DNA of 64,000 nucleotides from Mytilus trossulus (Eukaryota): NCBI RefSeq assembly GCF_036588685.1, contig NC_086380.1, positions 10,405,347 to 10,469,346 of the forward strand, read 5' to 3'. Shown piece by piece: positions 1 to 10,328 of this stretch (position 1 is its first letter; each line of letters starts with the position of its first letter). The notes under the pieces were generated by a model. It saw only the letters and a program-made list of their open reading frames with translations, ran no database searches and was not told where the DNA came from. The position numbers and the translations under genes were made by a program.

Positions 1-460
1 CTAAAGAAACAATAACTGGACCAAAGAGCAGAAAACAGCCGAAGGCCCCCGATGGGTCTTCAATACAATGAAAAAATCCTGCACCCAGCTTCAGCTGGCC
101 CCTAAACAAAAATAGGTGCATACAGTATTTAGGAAATTTTAAGAACCCCTTCCAATTCAAAATAACTTTGCTTGTTGGATGAAATGGAACTAAGATCCCT
201 TTATATAAGTTATATTATCTCCAGGGGTACTCTCAATGAGATTACAGTATGAAGTTCCTTTAATTTTAAATGCATGATAACTGCAAAGATATTCTGGGCT
301 TTGTCCCCACTTTTTGTTTAAGAGACTGTTATTAACATCCAGTCAATATGCACAAATGTCACATATATATTCCCGACAGTGCAAGGGCCAGTCAAGGTCA
401 ATAAAAACTTCCATCATCATTCTACAAGTATATTGATTATTTTTTACAGACATCAGAAGT

Positions 461-635
461 TTGTATGTGAAAACTCTGACTGGTAAAACTATAGGAGGAG
501 TAAAACTACTGGCCTCTGATACAATAGAACAAGTCAAGGCCAAGATACAAGAATTAGAAGGGATCCCAATAGATCAACAGAGATTGGTTTTTGATGGGAA
601 ACAGCTAGAGGATGGTCGTACATTAGAGGATTACA
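461..635 (+). CDS. Exon 1 of a ubiquitin-like fusion gene. It encodes the N-terminal three quarters of a ubiquitin fold ([13 protein letters not shown]...[20 protein letters not shown]). The donor GTAAGT is at 636.
   Basis: The translation aligns with ubiquitin residues 1-59 ([40 protein letters not shown]). The canonical GTAAGT donor leaves phase 1, and this matches the acceptor of the next exon. Confidence 0.75.
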
Positions 636-989
636 GTAAGTTAACAATATATTTTCTACAAATATTACTGTGGATTCATTATAGTTCATCAGACACAATT
701 TTTTGTGGATTTCTTTATCACCTGGGAACCACTATAAATTCCAATGTTTAACAAATTTCAAAATTTCCATAGAAATATAAGCAGACTTTGGAAAAAAACA
801 CAATTTCAAATATCTACGAAATGCAAGTTTTCTTCAATCCACAAAAATAAATGATTCCACAGTATGTTTTTATTTTCAGGTATTATAGAAAAATTATTTT
901 TAAGTTTCTATTGGTTAAAACTATATTTAGGGTAAAGGAGCAGAGGGGTATGTAACAATAGACAATTTCTAATTTCCATTTAAGAATTG

Positions 990-1135
990 AATGCTTCTTT
1001 TTGTAAATTTATTGGGGTGTAAAAGCGTTGACCGAAGTACATTTTGTATGAAGCACAGAAGCACTTCATTCTAAAAATGTATGCAGGGTCAACGCTTTTA
1101 CAACCCAAGAAAGTTACGAAAAGAAGCATTCAATA
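990..1135. mobile_element. MITE-like palindromic element (long hairpin).
   Basis: gaatgcttctttt...gggtgtaaaagcgttgacc at 1000-1035 is the reverse complement of ggtcaacgcttttacaaccc...aaaagaagcattc at 1086-1130. Confidence 0.6.
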
Positions 1136-2304
1136 CTTATAATTACATTTTTTTAGCTAGGATCATGAAAACACGATTTTTATCAAGTTTTGTTTAATTC
1201 ACCTGTGCACTTTATTGTTGAACCTCATGTCATCACGAATGATAAATGTTATTGTCTGATGCAATTGCTTACAGAATAACATGTGATGTGCAGTTAGCCA
1301 ATCAGAATAACGTATTATAATGAAACATACATCTAATGTAATTATTTATAAATAAACTGCCCTGTCAAACTTGGAAAACTATGGGAGAAAACATGGCATA
1401 GGGCATTGTGAAATGAAGGTATTTGCTATTTGATGTCATTTTTTTCTGAACAATAAAAATTAGAATGGAAATGAGGAATGTGTTAAAGTGACAAAAAGCC
1501 CCTAAAAAAGGGCAGAAAACAGTCCAAAAAGAAAACAATCATACATGACCATAAAGAAAACTTGTAGATATGACAATAGTTAATTACGGTCAAAGTTAAT
1601 TTTCTCTGTTATATTTCCTTTCATTTTATGATAAATTTTAAAGCTAGGCAATTTGCCTTATGGGTGTTGCCTGCGTGCTATATTTTGTCCCTAACTGATT
1701 CAACTACATCTGCTAAGTTGATAATTTATCAACAAAAAAATAAGATCTTGGCATTAGAACAAAGAAAAATGAGATAGTACAGCCATTCATATTGCCATAT
1801 TAAAATAGTCACAAGGTATCAATTATTGTCACAAAATTAGATGCGATTCAGATTTCATTCTAAATCTACAAAACATCTTCCATTGTATTGTGATGTCATG
1901 AGAAAAGGTGACCATGCCTGATGATGACACATCCTGATGATGACACATTATATTAAGTACACATTTTTCTACCATTCTTTGAAAAGGACAGATAAAAATC
2001 ATTAGAAATATAAATTTCACCACTATAATTCGTCTACTATGATATTTCTCCACTCTCAACAGTTAAATTTTAATTCTTTTAAAAGCTCTGCAAGCCTTGT
2101 GCTTTAAATATTCAAATGTTGCTGTCACTCGTGGAGAATTATTGTAAAACATTTGTTGCAGTGGTAGAATCTAATTATTTCCCTAGATGTTTAATTAGGG
2201 TTTTTGTTCGAAGTGTATGCTTGAAAACTTGCAACTACATGATTAATAACCAGAATAGGCTGTGTATTAGTCTTTGAGTAAGATAACGATTAATTTTATT
2301 ACAG

Positions 2305-4181
2305 GAATAACAAATGAAAGTTCAATTCACATGGTGTTACGTTTAAGAGGAGGACCTGATCCTTGTTCTACAACTTTTAAATCATCAGGATCAGAACCAC
2401 TTTCTTTGCCGGATCGGATTCAGGGGTTTATGGAAGAACAACAACAGTCCAATGTACAGCATGCGCAACAAATGTCTATTGTACAGAATGCACAACAACA
2501 GTCTAATGTACAGGATGCGCAACAACAGTCCAATGTACAGAATATGTTTCAGCGTGCACAACAACAGCATGCACAACAACAGCAAATGATACAGCATGGG
2601 CAACAACAGCAAATGTTACAGCATGTGCAACAAAAGCAAATGTACAGCATGCCCTACACCAGCAAATGTTACATGGGCAACAACAGTCCAACATTAAAGC
2701 ATTTGCAACAACAGCAAATGTTACAACATGCGCAACAATCTCAAATGTTACAACATGCGCAACAACCTCAAATGATACAACCTGCGCAACAACCTCAAAT
2801 GTTACAACATGGGCAACAACCTCAAATGATACAACCTGTGCAACAACCTCAAATGTTACAACATGGGCAACAACCTCAAATGATACAACCTGCGCAACAA
2901 CCTCAAATGTTACAATATGGGCAACAACCTCAAATGTTACAACATGGGCAACAACCTCAAACGTTACAACCTGCACAACAACCTCAAATGTTACAACATG
3001 CCCAACAACCTCAAATGTTACTGCATTCAGGTGTTCAGGGACAACAAAGACAACAATCTGCAGATAGCATCAGGTTATCTAGTCCCTTTGCTGAACAGTC
3101 TTCATTCTATAATACCAAAGCTAGTTCCTCCACAATTGATGTTACACCACCAACCTTTCAGCAAACAGATCATTTGGGAGAAGAAACTTTGGGAAATGTT
3201 ACTTCTTTTGGAAGAATGACAACCAAACGAAGAAAAAGCAATGAAAGAAATCCTGTAGGTTTCCAGAGATATGAACCATTAAATCCAACAGGTTTCAGTT
3301 TTGGGAGAATGGGTACAGCAACTAATGAATTATTTGGTCAACAGTCAAGCAGTGTTAGTGCACCTGTTAGTGGTTTTAATGTTGATAGTCTGCAATCATA
3401 TGGGATGACTCCTAGCCTGGCAGAGACAATTCAAACTATATATTGTAGAGGTGGTGGTAGTCAAGTCGGCAGTGGATTTGGAAGTGGTTTCAGTTATGGA
3501 TTTCAGCAGCCACAGTTACAACCACCATCAATGGCGAGTTTTGGCTCAATTCAGTCCTCTAATGTGGCATATGGGGGCTTGTTTGGGAGTGAGCCAGTAA
3601 GTGTAAGAGCTGAGGGAAGTCCTGATACTAATGTGGCATACAGGGGCTTGTTTGGGAGTGAGCCAGTAAGTGTAAGAGCTAAGGGAAGTCCTGATACTAA
3701 TGTGGCATACGGGGGCTTGTTTGGGAGTGAGCCAGTAAGTGTAAGAGCTAAGGGAAGTCCTGATACTAATGTGGCATACGGGGGCTTGTTTGGGAGTGAG
3801 CCAGTAAGTGTAAGAGCCAAGGGAAGTCCTGATACTAATGTGGCATACGGGGGCTTGTTTGGGAGTGAGCCAGTAAGTGTAAGAGCTAAGGGAAGTCCTG
3901 ATACTAATGTGGCATACAGGGGCTTGTTTGGGAGTGAGCCAGTAAGTGTTAGAGCTGAGGGAAGTCCTGATACTAATGTGGCATACAGGGGCTTGTTTGG
4001 GAGTGAGCCAGTAAGTGTAAGAGCTAAGGGAAGTCCTGATACAGACCAAGATAAAGATGAAACAGCCCAGGATGTATTATCTCTCAGTACTGACATGCCA
4101 AGTGGTGGATTTAAATATAAAGAGGTAGACTATCTGGATACTGTGGATTTATTTATTTTCTTTGATACCAATATTCATTGA
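2305..4181 (+). CDS. Exon 2 of the ubiquitin-like fusion gene. It completes the ubiquitin fold (RITNESSIHMVLRLRGG) and continues straight into a Q-rich region (QQPQMLQHG repeats), a G/S/F-rich stretch and seven 23-aa repeats. The stop TGA is at 4179-4181.
   Basis: The acceptor ttttattacag is at 2294-2304. The phase-1 junction recreates ...LEDY-R-ITNESSIHMVLRLRGG, matching the ubiquitin C-terminus LHLVLRLRGG. A long uninterrupted ORF (2274..4181 in the supplied track) follows. An AATAAA-like signal lies downstream. Confidence 0.75.
2700..3030 (+). repeat. Coding tandem repeat of a 27-nt unit (caacaacctcaaatgttacaacatggg = QQPQMLQHG), about 12 copies.
   Basis: The periodicity is directly visible in both the sequence and the translation. 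Confidence 0.85.
3551..4040 (+). repeat. Coding tandem repeat with a 69-nt unit, 7 copies, near-identical at the DNA level (NVAYGGLFGSEPVSVRAKGSPDT).
   Basis: Seven consecutive near-identical 69-nt units. They differ only at A/R/E and K positions of the encoded peptide. Confidence 0.9.
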
Positions 4182-4590
4182 TTAATGAAAAATAACATTT
4201 TCATTGATATTTGATTTGATTGTTTTGTCAAATCTACTTGTATTCTAAACTAGACAAAATTGATTATTAAATTAAAATTAAATTCAACATTAAATTGTTG
4301 AATATTTGAATTAGTTTTTCACCAATAATTCATAAAATTGGTTTCCTATGAATAATAATGAATCCACAGTACTTCATATCTTTTATCAATGAATTATCAC
4401 TTTGTGATTGGCTAAACGCCGTCATGTGGTGACCCCCTATGAGACTGTATGGGGTTATTAAGTTTCATATGGGGTTCATGCCTCGTTAATGGCGACGTCA
4501 TCTATTAATGTTGTTTTGTTTCACTGTTTATTTTTCAACAAAACGCCGCAGAAATAGTCTAGCGTCCAATAAATTTGTTATACGGTTAAC

Positions 4591-4715
4591 TACTGACCCC
4601 CTACGGATCCATAGAGGGTGATTAAAATTTATAGGGGATTCGGCCTCCGTCCTCACCCCCTATGAATTTTACTAACCCTCTATGGATCTGTAGGGGGTCA
4701 GTAGTGAACCATATA
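4591..4715. mobile_element. MITE-like palindrome (actgaccccctacggatccatagagggt ... accctctatggatctgtagggggtcagt). A related partial copy lies at 4425-4500.
   Basis: A perfect inverted repeat of about 28 bp at the ends. The upstream segment shares the cccctatg / atatggggttca motifs. Confidence 0.6.
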
Positions 4716-5310
4716 ACTTATAATATATACTAATGAGTTATTTAAGTATATATGTCAGGTGTCCTTGACCCCATTTTCAGCTGCAGGGTATTGGGACTAC
4801 TTATACTCTGTATGGTTGTTATTTTATGCATAATTTTTTTCAGTTCTTATAATTTTATAGGCTATGTGGAGCAGGATCTGCTTACCCTTCTGGAGCAGCT
4901 GAGATCACCCCTAGTTTTTGGTGGGGTTTGTGTTGCTGATTCTTTAGTTTTCTATGTTGTGTCATGTGTACTATTGTTTGTTTGTTTGTCTTTTTCATTT
5001 TTAGCCATGGTGTTGTCAGTTTATTTTTCGATTTATGAGTTTGACTGCATGTCCCTGAAAAATGCAAAGTCAGTTGAATTTTTAATGAGACCTGAGAATA
5101 GAAGAGACATATCTGTTGGTGTTCCTTGCCCGGAATTAAAATCATTTTAATAATAAAACTATACATATATGTAAACACTATATAACTGGAAAATTTTTGA
5201 TTGCAGAAAGTTTTGCTTAGTATTTGACTTTTCCTGATAATCATTAAACATAAATTTATTTTAAAATTGTACAGCTTAGAGAATTAAGAATGAAATAATT
5301 ACTATTAAAG

Positions 5311-5442
5311 GTTAAAAGAAAAAAGCAATCAGCTAGAAAGTCAACTGGTGGTAAATGTCCTAGAATACAGGTTACTGGTAAACAAGCATCCACAGAAGCT
5401 TTGGACATGTTGGAAGATGACCCGTCTGCCTCAGTCACTCAG
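5311..5442 (+). CDS. Exon A of the H3-tail-mimic gene. It encodes [44 protein letters not shown], which resembles H3 residues 4-27. The start codon must lie in an upstream exon that was not identified.
   Basis: [22 protein letters not shown] against H3 [22 protein letters not shown] gives 15 of 22 identical. There is an AG acceptor at 5309-5310, an in-frame stop at 5296-5298, and the donor cag|gtggtt at 5443. Confidence 0.6.
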
Positions 5443-5780
5443 GTGGTTATTATACCAATTATTGTAAACCAAGTAATTTTCAGAGATACTTCATTTCACA
5501 CTAATTAAGCCCTTTCTATCACATTTTTGGTAATTTAGTTTTAGTTTTGTGATTTTCAAATTTACTGCATGTTGTTTTATAAGAAGTGATCTTAGTTTTA
5601 AATTTTCAAGACAATTTATATTTTCATTATTTTTCTACTTGTGGAATTTCAAATAGACATCTCTGGCAAAAATCAGTTGGTTTACAGTAATACACAGAAA
5701 ACAAGAATTGGTAATGGAAACAGGGAATGTGTCAAACAGACAACCAAACTAGAACTGAATGCCACCAATTGGTCTTCAAC

Positions 5781-5950
5781 ATAGGGATAAAATCAGTGGC
5801 GGATCCAGAACTTTTCCTAAAGGGGGGCCCGCTGACTGACTTAAGCTCCAGTCATGCTTCAGTGATATATATAATCAACCAAATTTTTCCCACATAAGGG
5901 GGGGGGGCAGGGCCCCCCCTGGATCTGCCTATGAAAATCCAGCACCCCCA
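5781..5950. mobile_element. MITE-like element of the GGCGGATCCAG ... CTGGATCTGCC family, with internal G10/C7 homopolymer tracts.
   Basis: Terminal inverted repeats cagtggcggatccagaa / ccccctggatctgcc. The same termini flank 25255-25410. Confidence 0.55.
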
Positions 5951-6469
5951 GTGAGGCTTCAGCTAACTCCTTAAAAAAGTGTATACTAGTTCAGCAAAAA
6001 TGGACATCACACTAAACTGCTAGAACATATAAATGAACCAAAATTTAAAAAGCATACAAGACTTATAAAGACCACAATTATGCCCTAAAATATGTTTTCT
6101 TTTTGTTCAGGTTGTTTTCTCTTTTGACACATTCACCATTTCCTTTCAGAATTTTATTATTTGATATGTTTACAGATTGATGGCTCATCAACTTCCTATT
6201 AAACGAATACTTTTATTTTCTAACACACATGCATATTATGGTCCTGTTTAAATATAGGCAATAGCAGTAAACCACTGGTCAATAAAATATTTGTTACAGC
6301 TTCCAGAAACTTGTTGTCTGTCTAAGTGAGAACATGATCTACTGTGTGAAATGCAGTCAGATTCATTGATTAATATAGAATTCTTAAATCAAGTGTATCA
6401 TTAATAAGCAATAGCTCACACTTTTTGGGAACAGTATATTAGTTTGTGGGGAACCACTAGTGATAGGTC

Positions 6470-6640
6470 AATGATATGTATTTTAGGGGCCAGCTGAAGC
6501 ACGCCTCTAGGTGCGGGAATTTCTTGCTGCAGTGAAGACCTGTTGGTGACCTTCTGCTGTTGTGGTTTTTTTCTATGGTCGGGTTGTTGTCTCTTTGACA
6601 CATTCCCCATTTCCATTCTCAATTTTATTAACATTTTCAC
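6470..6640 (-). repeat. SINE-like dispersed repeat carrying the conserved core ggaaatggggaatgtgtcaaagagacaacaacccgac (seen here as the reverse complement).
   Basis: It is nearly identical, in reverse complement, to 56855-57000. Partial copies occur at 1-112, 1480-1560, 5690-5775 and 6085-6150. Confidence 0.6.
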
Positions 6641-6820
6641 ATCTCATTTCCACAGAGATTTTGGCCCTGTCTCCTCAATCAAGGTTCATTGACTTTGAAT
6701 ATTTTGCATAACTTATAAATATTGCTATTTTAATTTCATGATTTGCATTTTACTATTGAAATAACAAAAAGGCTAGATATATCTTTGTTCTAGCAGTTTG
6801 TTTTTGTATTATTACAACAG

Positions 6821-6967
6821 GAATTGGGTTCAATAGGAGAAGAACAAAAGAAGATTCCAGATAGGTATGGACCAAGGAAGAGTGCTCCTATAGTGGAAGA
6901 CATTCACATAACAGATAAATCTTCTGAGGAAGAACCATCAGGGGAGTCATCTGATGATCATGAAAAT
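6821..6967 (+). CDS. Exon B of the H3-tail-mimic gene (ELGSIGEEQKKIPDRYGPRKSAPIVEDIHITDKSSEEEPSGESSDDHEN). It contains an H3 K27-like RKSAP motif.
   Basis: The acceptor aacag is at 6816-6820 and the donor GTGAGT at 6968. It is phase 0-0 and open in frame. RKSAP matches H3 26-30. Confidence 0.55.
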
Positions 6968-7589
6968 GTGAGTTCATAGTTCACTTCAAAATTCTTATAA
7001 CTGTTTATTTTATTTCCAGTGTAAAACCACTGATAGAAGCATATTTTGTAGAAAGAACTCTAGTTTAAATTCTTAAGAATGGTGCAGTGATCAAATTGTT
7101 TCAACCCTATAAAATTCCAAAAATAAATTACAATTAATCCTTATAAATATACTTCATGCTGAAGCAGAAATGTTCAAGTAAAATCAAGTATTTGGTTGAA
7201 GTTATATTATTTTACACTGGAACATCTCATTTCAAAGGAGATTGTTTGACCCTGCCTCCTCAGCAAAAGCTTGTTTGATTTCAAATATTCCTACTAGTTG
7301 GGGTTACATTGCTACTGAGCGCATTTCATGCAGACATAAATATTCAGTTTTATATCTGGACATTATCATGTGATTGATAATAGCCAATTAAAATAATAGA
7401 ACCTCATCAAATATCTATATGTTAAGTAGTTATTGTAAAATATTGAGAAATATATATGATAAAGACTGAAAGTTTCAAGACCATGTGCTATAAACTAAAG
7501 ATCATGGTAGATTTCTCAAAATGCATTTCCTTTTTAGGAGGAGGATTTTAAACATAAGAAATTAACCAATGCCCAAAGATGTGAAATAA

Positions 7590-7925
7590 ATTTGTCTAAT
7601 GATGAACTTGCCATGTGGTGGTCTCCAACCCTACAATCAAAAGTAAGATTGAGGTGGTACATAACACTATAGGGAGATTACTCTGTAAAAAAACATACAA
7701 GTAGCTGGCTGCATTGCCCTACAATCTAGTGTAAGATTAAGGGGGGTACATAATACTACAGGGAGATAACTCTGTAAAAAAATCATACAAGTAGCTCATA
7801 TAAATTTGTAGCTGGCTGAATCGCCCTACTATCTAGTGTAAGATTAAGGTGATATATTACACTACAGGGAGATAACTCTGTAAAAAATCATACAAGTAGC
7901 TGGCTGCATCTCTACAATTTAGTGT
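7590..7925. repeat. Tandem repeat with a unit of about 100 bp and roughly 3.3 copies (...ctacaatctagtgtaagattaagg.gg.tacataa.actacagggagataactctgtaaaaaa.catacaagtagctggctgcat...).
   Basis: Direct periodicity is visible. A related solo unit lies at 9690-9750. Confidence 0.75.
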
Positions 7926-7956
7926 AAAGATAAACAGCAAAAAAACTGAAATTCTA

Positions 7957-8946
7957 ATGATTAACAAGAAGAATAAAGATATAAATCTTCAACTTTTTAA
8001 TGAAAAAATAGACGAAAAGCAAAACATCAAACATTTAGGAATTGAAAGGCAAGAGAAAAATAATCCAAATGTAGAGAAAAGAATCTCTGCTGCAAGAGCT
8101 ACAATGTATTCACTATTAGGTGCTGGATTACATGGAATAAATGGTATAAATCCTCTATTATCTTATAAGCTATGGCGGACTTACGTTATACCAAGAATGC
8201 TCTATGGAATTGAAATTCTCAACATTACTAAAACTGATATCCAAAAATTAGAAGCTTTTCAGAAAAAATCATTTAAGCAAATTCTATCTTTACCACAAAG
8301 AACTGCAGATGCTGCTATCTATATCTTGCTCGGAGCTGAATCCATTGAGCAACTTGTACATAAAGCTGTCATTTCCTTATTTCTTAGAATATCGAAAGAT
8401 CCCAACTCAATCGAGTGTAAAATTGGAATTAGACAGCTAGCTACAAAAGATGATAAATCAAATAGTTGGTACATAAATGTGGACAAAACTCTCAAATCTT
8501 ATGATCTTCCATCCGCACATGAGATTATACTAAATCCGGAGAAAAATTGGAAAAGATTGACTCATGATGTCATAGACCAAACCTGGAAAAATAGATGGAC
8601 CGAAACTGCTAGAAGTAAATCAACGCTCAAATATATGGAAGTTAACAATTGGAACTTTAAAAAACCAAACTTCTGTTGGAGCAGTGTCAGAGATCATAAA
8701 AGAGATGTTAGCAAAGGGATAATAAAATCCAGGATACTTACAGGAACTTACAAAACCCAAAGTATTACCAACCGTTTTGACGTTACAAAATCTGCAGAAT
8801 GCAAATTATGCATGGTAGGACCTGAAGATTATAAACATTTTCTAATCGAGTGTGAAAGTCTGAATTCTGTGAGAAAAATTCATCACAATAGACTGAAATG
8901 CCTACTAGAGGATAATCAAATACCCTATTCAAGTATTGCAGTATAA
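7957..8946 (+). mobile_element. Non-LTR (LINE) retrotransposon fragment, the C-terminal region downstream of the RT core. It lies inside the intron of the H3-mimic gene.
   Basis: A 329-aa ORF with the pattern KHLGI...R...A......L......KL..Y...VIP.MLYG.EI.N.TK.D..KLE.FQKK..K.IL. This is typical of the conserved post-RT segment of RTE/CR1/Jockey-type LINEs. It has no upstream APE or RT core and no cellular homolog pattern. Confidence 0.55.
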
Positions 8947-10194
8947 TTGATTCTGATGAGGATCTTCTCGAATTCTTGATTGACGTTTCTAGGAACAAAC
9001 TTATAACTGTGTCTCAGCAGAGAGATTTAGAACGAATCTGCAAAGACTGGATCTATGCATTGCATGCTAAAAGAACCCAACTTTTGGAAAGCAAATGAAC
9101 AATCAGTTGAGTTCTTGGTTTAACTTGCAAGTGGCTGTCAGTCGTGGGAATGTAACATATAAGAAGTAGTAAACTACTATCTCTATATACTTAATTAAAT
9201 TCTAGGTGATATAGCTGAGTACTACATAGTTAAACCATAACTAGAGAATATGAATGTTAATTACCCCTGTAAATAATCTTGTAGATCCAAATTGTATTGA
9301 CAAATTTTACTGTTTTACATAAAACTAATTTTACAAGTTTCTTTTTATTCGTATCCTTTACCATTTTAGATTTTAAATACATATATATATAATTTAATTA
9401 TGAAACCATATGCTAGCCCATAAAATTCAACCCATTACTAGTACGGATTAGTAGTTCCTTTCAATTTCCTTTGTTAAGGGGAAGTTAAACAACTGATAAG
9501 ATATTATTTTTATCCATTTTAAAATTTTAAGATGTATAGTGTACATACAAGTTCCTGTTTTTAACTAATTTTTAGTTTTATCCTATTCTAACTCTGTTAC
9601 TATTATTTAAATTTTAGCTAGTAGATAAGATTTTAAATAACGCAATTTTAAAAATAAACAAAATTTTTAAATGCGGTGACCCTGCAGATAGGGTGGATTT
9701 CTTGAAGAAGAAGATTAAGGTGGCACATAACATTACAGGGAGATATTTACCCATCCCTTGATTTTCCATCATCTATCATGGAAAATTTTCATGGAATTCC
9801 ATGGAATTCTATGGAGTGTTGGAACCTGTTTTCAAATATTTTAAAATGCGAGTTAAAATTATTGTGTTTACAACTCTGTCACATTTTTTGCAATAATAAA
9901 AACCTCGCAATAATTTCTGAGTTAACAGTACCTCAAATTCCGGGGATGATTTCTGATTGTCATTATCTTTCTCTTTGTAGGACATATACAAAAGTCCAGG
10001 ATTCTCGTTTAATACAGCTGGGTTGTCCAAGGGAGGATCAGCTCCATCAATTACCAAGCCTACATCAGCTATTCTTGATCTGGTATACAATGACTTTCTT
10101 AATCTTACACTACAGATAATAGACATGTTCTTTATTACTCAAAATGAATACTTGAAGATTGCATGGACATAGTATTCTTTTCCATTCTGAAATG

Positions 10195-10328
10195 TTCTGG
10201 CCTTAGAACACAGGAGTCAGTTTCACAAAAAATCTTACAATTAAACTTGATCGTAAGTCATGAATAATTCAGTACACTTAGGATAAATCTTAGTCGTAAG
10301 TATTTTTGTGAAATTGACTCCAGTTTTT
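10195..10328. mobile_element. MITE-like inverted-repeat element (ggagtcagtttcacaaaaa ... tttttgtgaaattgactcca).
   Basis: Roughly 20-bp near-perfect terminal inverted repeats enclose about 90 bp with internal sub-repeats (cttacaattaaacttgatcgtaagtc / cttagtcgtaagta). Confidence 0.55.

Noticed and set aside
2391-4096. Multiple overlapping ORFs on both strands inside 2391-4096 (2391..2612-, 2503..2976-, 2666..3067+, 2917..3219+, 3546..4049-, 3551..4096-).
   Set aside because: They are alternative-frame or antisense readings through the 27-nt and 69-nt tandem repeats, which keep all frames open. Only the frame continuous with the ubiquitin-like domain, 2305..4181, is supported.
4752-5150. A 132-aa ORF with hydrophobic, Cys/Leu/Val-rich translation.
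   Set aside because: There is no family resemblance, and it has the AT-rich low-complexity composition typical of chance ORFs here. It could harbour the missing 5-prime exon of the H3-mimic gene, but nothing supports that.
9778-10126. Overlapping plus and minus ORFs of about 110 aa at 9778-10126.
   Set aside because: They overlap each other antisense, have no motifs, and contain the small direct repeats catggaattccatggaattctatgg. They are most likely noncoding.
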